From the human T2T-CHM13v2.0 reference genome, Homo sapiens, in assembly GCF_009914755.1 (NCBI RefSeq), contig NC_060940.1: a stretch of 64,000 nucleotides of DNA. The stretch is one strand, 5' to 3'. Below the pieces are notes generated by a model. It made no database searches and was not told the origin of the DNA. It worked only from the letters and a program-made list of their open reading frames with translations. Made by a program: the position numbers and the translations under genes. Positions 59,985-64,000 of this stretch are shown here, piece by piece; within the stretch, counting starts at the first letter, position 1; every line of letters begins with the position of its first letter.

Positions 59985-60585
59985 TGTGATGGTTAATTTT
60001 ATGTGTCAACCTGACTGGGACGCTGAGTGCCCAGATAATTGGTAAAACATTATTCTGGGTGTTCCCGTGAAGGTGTTTTCAGACGAGATTAACATTTAAA
60101 TCGGTAGACGGAGGAAAGCAGGTTGCACTCCAGATGTGCGTGGTCCTCATCCAATCAGTTGAAGGTCTAAATAGAACAAAAGGCCAACCCTTGCCTGAGT
60201 CAGAGAGATCTCCTCCTGCCTGAGGGCCTTCAAACTGAAACGTCAAAATTTTCCTGCCTTTAGACTCAAACTGAAACACGGCTCTTTCTGGATCTCAAGC
60301 CTGCTGGTTTTCAGACTGGAACTACACCACTGGGTCTCCTGGGTCTCCAGCTTACTGACTCATTCTGCAGATCTTAGGACTTGTCAGCCTCCATAATTGC
60401 ATACACACACACACATACACACACACACACACATATATATAAAAGTGCATATAGATACATATATGTATGTGAATGTATGTATATAAAAGTGCATATAGAT
60501 ACATATATGTATGTGTATATATATATATACACACATACACACACATATATGTGTGTGTGTGTGTGTGTGTACATATACATGTGTG

Positions 60586-60642
<57 letters not shown>

Positions 60643-60897
60643 GGACCATAGAGAAGTCTCTAAGCCAAAGCTGGGGACAGGGGAATCCTGTGTCTCCTTG
60701 GGAGAGGTCTGCTTTAGTGTCCCTGCCATGCTCAGTCATTAGCCAGGAGCACCTCATGGAAGGAAGCATATGGATTCCCCATATGCTTATATATGTGTGT
60801 GTGTGTGTGTGTGTGTATATGTATATGCATATGTGTGTGTGTATGTGTGTGTGCTATTCTATTGGTTCTACTTCTCTAAAGAACCCTGACTAATACA
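59985..60897 (+). mobile_element. MLT2 LTR with internal (CA)/(TA)/(TG) microsatellite and a foreign insert
   Basis: TGTGATGGTTAATTTTATGTGTCAAC...GAACCCTGACTAATACA; microsatellite 60400-60852. Confidence 0.9.
60645..60781 (-). repeat. 137-bp inverted copy of 62224-62360
   Basis: Reverse complement aligns without gaps, 6 mismatches; also visible as the twin ORFs MAGTLKQT.. at 60729(-) and 62276(+). Confidence 0.95.
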
Positions 60898-61501
60898 CTC
60901 CCATTCTCCTACTGGTGCTTCCCAGAGTCACCCTACAAATAAACCATTACATGGAAATCCTCATCACAGGATCTGCCTCTGGGAAAACCCAGCCTAAGAC
61001 ATCCATGACTTTCATAGGAGAAGAAAGAGCTCTAGAATTGGCAGCCTTACTGAACCATGTGGAAGAGGAAAGGAGAGCACCTAAACAAAAGGGTATTAAC
61101 CAATTAAAATAACCTAAACCCACACTTGTCCAAATTGCTGAGCAAGTGGGATGGGATGAAACAACTTTCAACCAGTGTCCAAATATTGCTGTGACTCCTA
61201 GACTGGCTTGACACAAAGGCAGTGTCCACCAGCTCTAAACATCCATCTCAACTAAGATTTCTCCAGGAAGGCTAGAACTGACACCCTCTGCTTAGGTTCT
61301 CAGTGACTTCACCCAGCCAGCAAAGGAGCTCTTAGGAAGGCAGACAAGCCCTGAAGTCTGTCTGCTCAGACTCCAGCTACCTGCTCTATTCCTGCTTTAT
61401 CAACCTCTAGCTTAGTCGCTCAATCTCCAGCTTTGCTCCTTCCCATTAGATTCTATGGCTGAACCTGACTGCCATAGTTTGTTTCTCAGATGAATTTAAG
61501 G

Positions 61502-62149
<648 letters not shown>

Positions 62150-62160
<11 letters not shown>

Positions 62161-62545
62161 GAATGGGCCTCATCGACCTGCCTCTACTGGGAGTGTAATT
62201 AACCAGGGCCCCAGCTGCTGCGCTGGGGAATCCATATGCTTCCTTCCATGAGGTGCTCCTGGCTAATGACTGAGCATGGCAGGGACACTAAAGCAGACCC
62301 CTCCCCGGGAGACACAGGATTCCCCTGTCCCCGGCTTTGGCTTAGGGACTTCCCTATGGTGTTCGCACCCTAACTTTTTTCTCCTCTCTCTTTTACTCAG
62401 AGTCAGACTTGCATTACTGTCTCAGGTTCTCCCAGCTTTATGTGGCACCTTCTTTGCTTTCTCTCAAGGGCATTTCCCTTAATAAAAATCACATATGTGT
62501 AATCCTGTATGGGAGTTTGTTTCTCAGAACTGGGCTGACACACCA
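62150..62545 (+). mobile_element. LTR16-family ERVL LTR
   Basis: GGGAGTGTAATTAACCAGGGCCCCAGCTGCTG..CTAATGACTGAGCATGGCAGGG..CCCTTAATAAAA..TTTCTCAGAAC. Confidence 0.82.
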
Positions 62546-63459
62546 TCTTGCAAACTCTGCTTTCGGCATTCAGCTCACACTTACTTACACCCTCCAAACT
62601 CCAACTATTTAGGGCTAATTCCATTCCAGCTCCCACCCGTTGAATCCCTTCCCCCTCCCCCTGCTTCCTCCTCCCATTCTGCTTTCCTGGAAACAGCATT
62701 TCCACTTACTTTTGAACAATGGTCCTTCCTTCACTGTTCATTCATGGAGTTTGGATAGCACCATCTTCTAAAGCTAGGGCTGAGCACATGATCAGGACTG
62801 ACTAATCACCCTCTTCTACTTCCTTAGCCACAATAATTCGTTCAGAGATGGGCACCTGACTCTTACAATGCAATGAGAGTCAGCTTCTTATGCCAGTGCT
62901 TTTGGCAAAGGTAAGTTCATTTTCCCCTGGGATTACTAAGCTGGTAGGAGGTAAGTCAGCAGCTGCTGATGGCATAAGAAAAGGGCCTGATAATGAAGCC
63001 AACATGGATGAAAAGAGAGCTGAGAAGTAGAGATCAGACAGATTTCAAAGCATATCATTTAAGCATCTGGATCCAGCCATACTTGAAGTCCAGTCTATCT
63101 GTGGGCTTTGAAGTTGCATGGAACAATAGCAAGATGTAGCTGAGAGAGTTTTGGCTAATATACCACCTCACCTCTCATTCAGTTTCATGGAATATAACAG
63201 ACATTGCCAACTAAAATTTACAAACAGCATTGATATAAAAGCTCCGCCATTTAAAAAAGGAAACTTTCTATTCTTTCACTGTGTGGCCTTGGGAAATTTC
63301 TAATCCGTTCTGAACTTCAGCTTTTTTCCCTCTCAAATGTAGCAAATACAACATAACTTGCTTGCCATGGAGGGAAATCAGATGCCCTTATCTAGGAAAG
63401 TAAAGATAGAGGTATAAAACATTGTTATTTCAAAAAAAAAAAAAAAAAATCCAGCACAT

Positions 63460-63672
63460 AAGTCTAGGAGCATTGAACAAGGGTCAGATTGCATGGATTC
63501 AGATTCCAGCTCCATTACTAACTGGCTGTGTGACCTTGGACAACTCAATTGACCTCTCTGGCCCTCAGTTTCCTTATCAGTAAGACGGAAACTCCAATCA
63601 TATCTATTGCACGGGATAGTTGTAGAAATTAATAGATACATAAGTGCTTAGTGCAACATGTGGCACTCAAAA
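63460..63672 (+). mobile_element. MIR
   Basis: CTAACTGGCTGTGTGACCTTGGACAACTCAATTGACCTCTCTGGCCCTCAGTTTCCTTATC core. Confidence 0.85.
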
Positions 63673-63699
63673 TATGTGTGGTATGATTGTTATTGACAC

Positions 63700-64000
63700 A
63701 ATGTTTGACCCATGAATGATTGTGATGCCAACCCCCTCACAGTTGGAAATCCACCTATAACTTTTGACTCCCCCAAAACGTAGCTACTAATAGCCTATTG
63801 TTGACCAGAAGTCTTACCAATAACACAAACAATAGACACATATGTTGTATTTTAGATGATTATACACTGTATTCTTACAATAAAATAAGCCAGAGAAAAC
63901 AATATATGATTAAGAAAATCATAAGGAAGAGAAAATGTATTTGTTATTCATTAAGTGGAAGTGGATCATCATAAACGTCTTCATCCTCATTGTCTTCACA
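63700..64000. mobile_element. Tigger2/MER8-like Tc1-mariner relic (runs off window)
   Basis: AAATCCACCTATAACTTTTGACTCCCCCAAAA..CTACTAATAGCCTATTGTTGACCAGAAG..AAGAAAATCATAAGGAAGAGAAAA. Confidence 0.85.

Noticed and set aside
60352-60893. His/Thr/Cys/Val/Tyr-rich ORFs (also 44716-45089)
   Set aside because: Translation of CA/TA microsatellites.

Overview
Primate (almost certainly human) repeat-dense DNA with no recognisable protein-coding gene. Most of the window is decayed mobile elements: about 35 Alus, one 5'-truncated L1PB-type 3' end plus older L1M fragments, many ERVL-MaLR LTRs (THE1/MST/MLT1), MLT2, LTR16/LTR33, MER21 and MER51-like LTRs, MIR/L2, and hAT/Tigger DNA-transposon relics, often nested and with visible target-site duplications (TSDs). 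Repeat subfamily names are from memory of consensus sequences, not from a search, and boundaries without a TSD are approximate. The supplied ORFs are mostly read-throughs of repeats or microsatellites. Non-repeat points of interest are a possible terminal-exon/polyA region at the start, a GC/CCAAT-rich promoter-like patch (~19.4-19.7 kb) next to a MIR-derived 39-bp minisatellite, a splice-site-bounded 174-nt open exon candidate (27.7-27.9 kb), a 36-nt U6 snRNA retrocopy with a TSD, a probable mRNA 3'-end retrocopy, and several homeobox-motif-rich enhancer-like islands. The most unusual pattern is four separate 120-210 bp segments, each with a second copy 0.65-2 kb away (three direct, one inverted), sitting at repeat-breaking junctions with microhomology or fold-back signatures. 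This resembles locally templated repair insertions. I see no evidence of a new gene-encoded system; this pattern is the best candidate for a second look.
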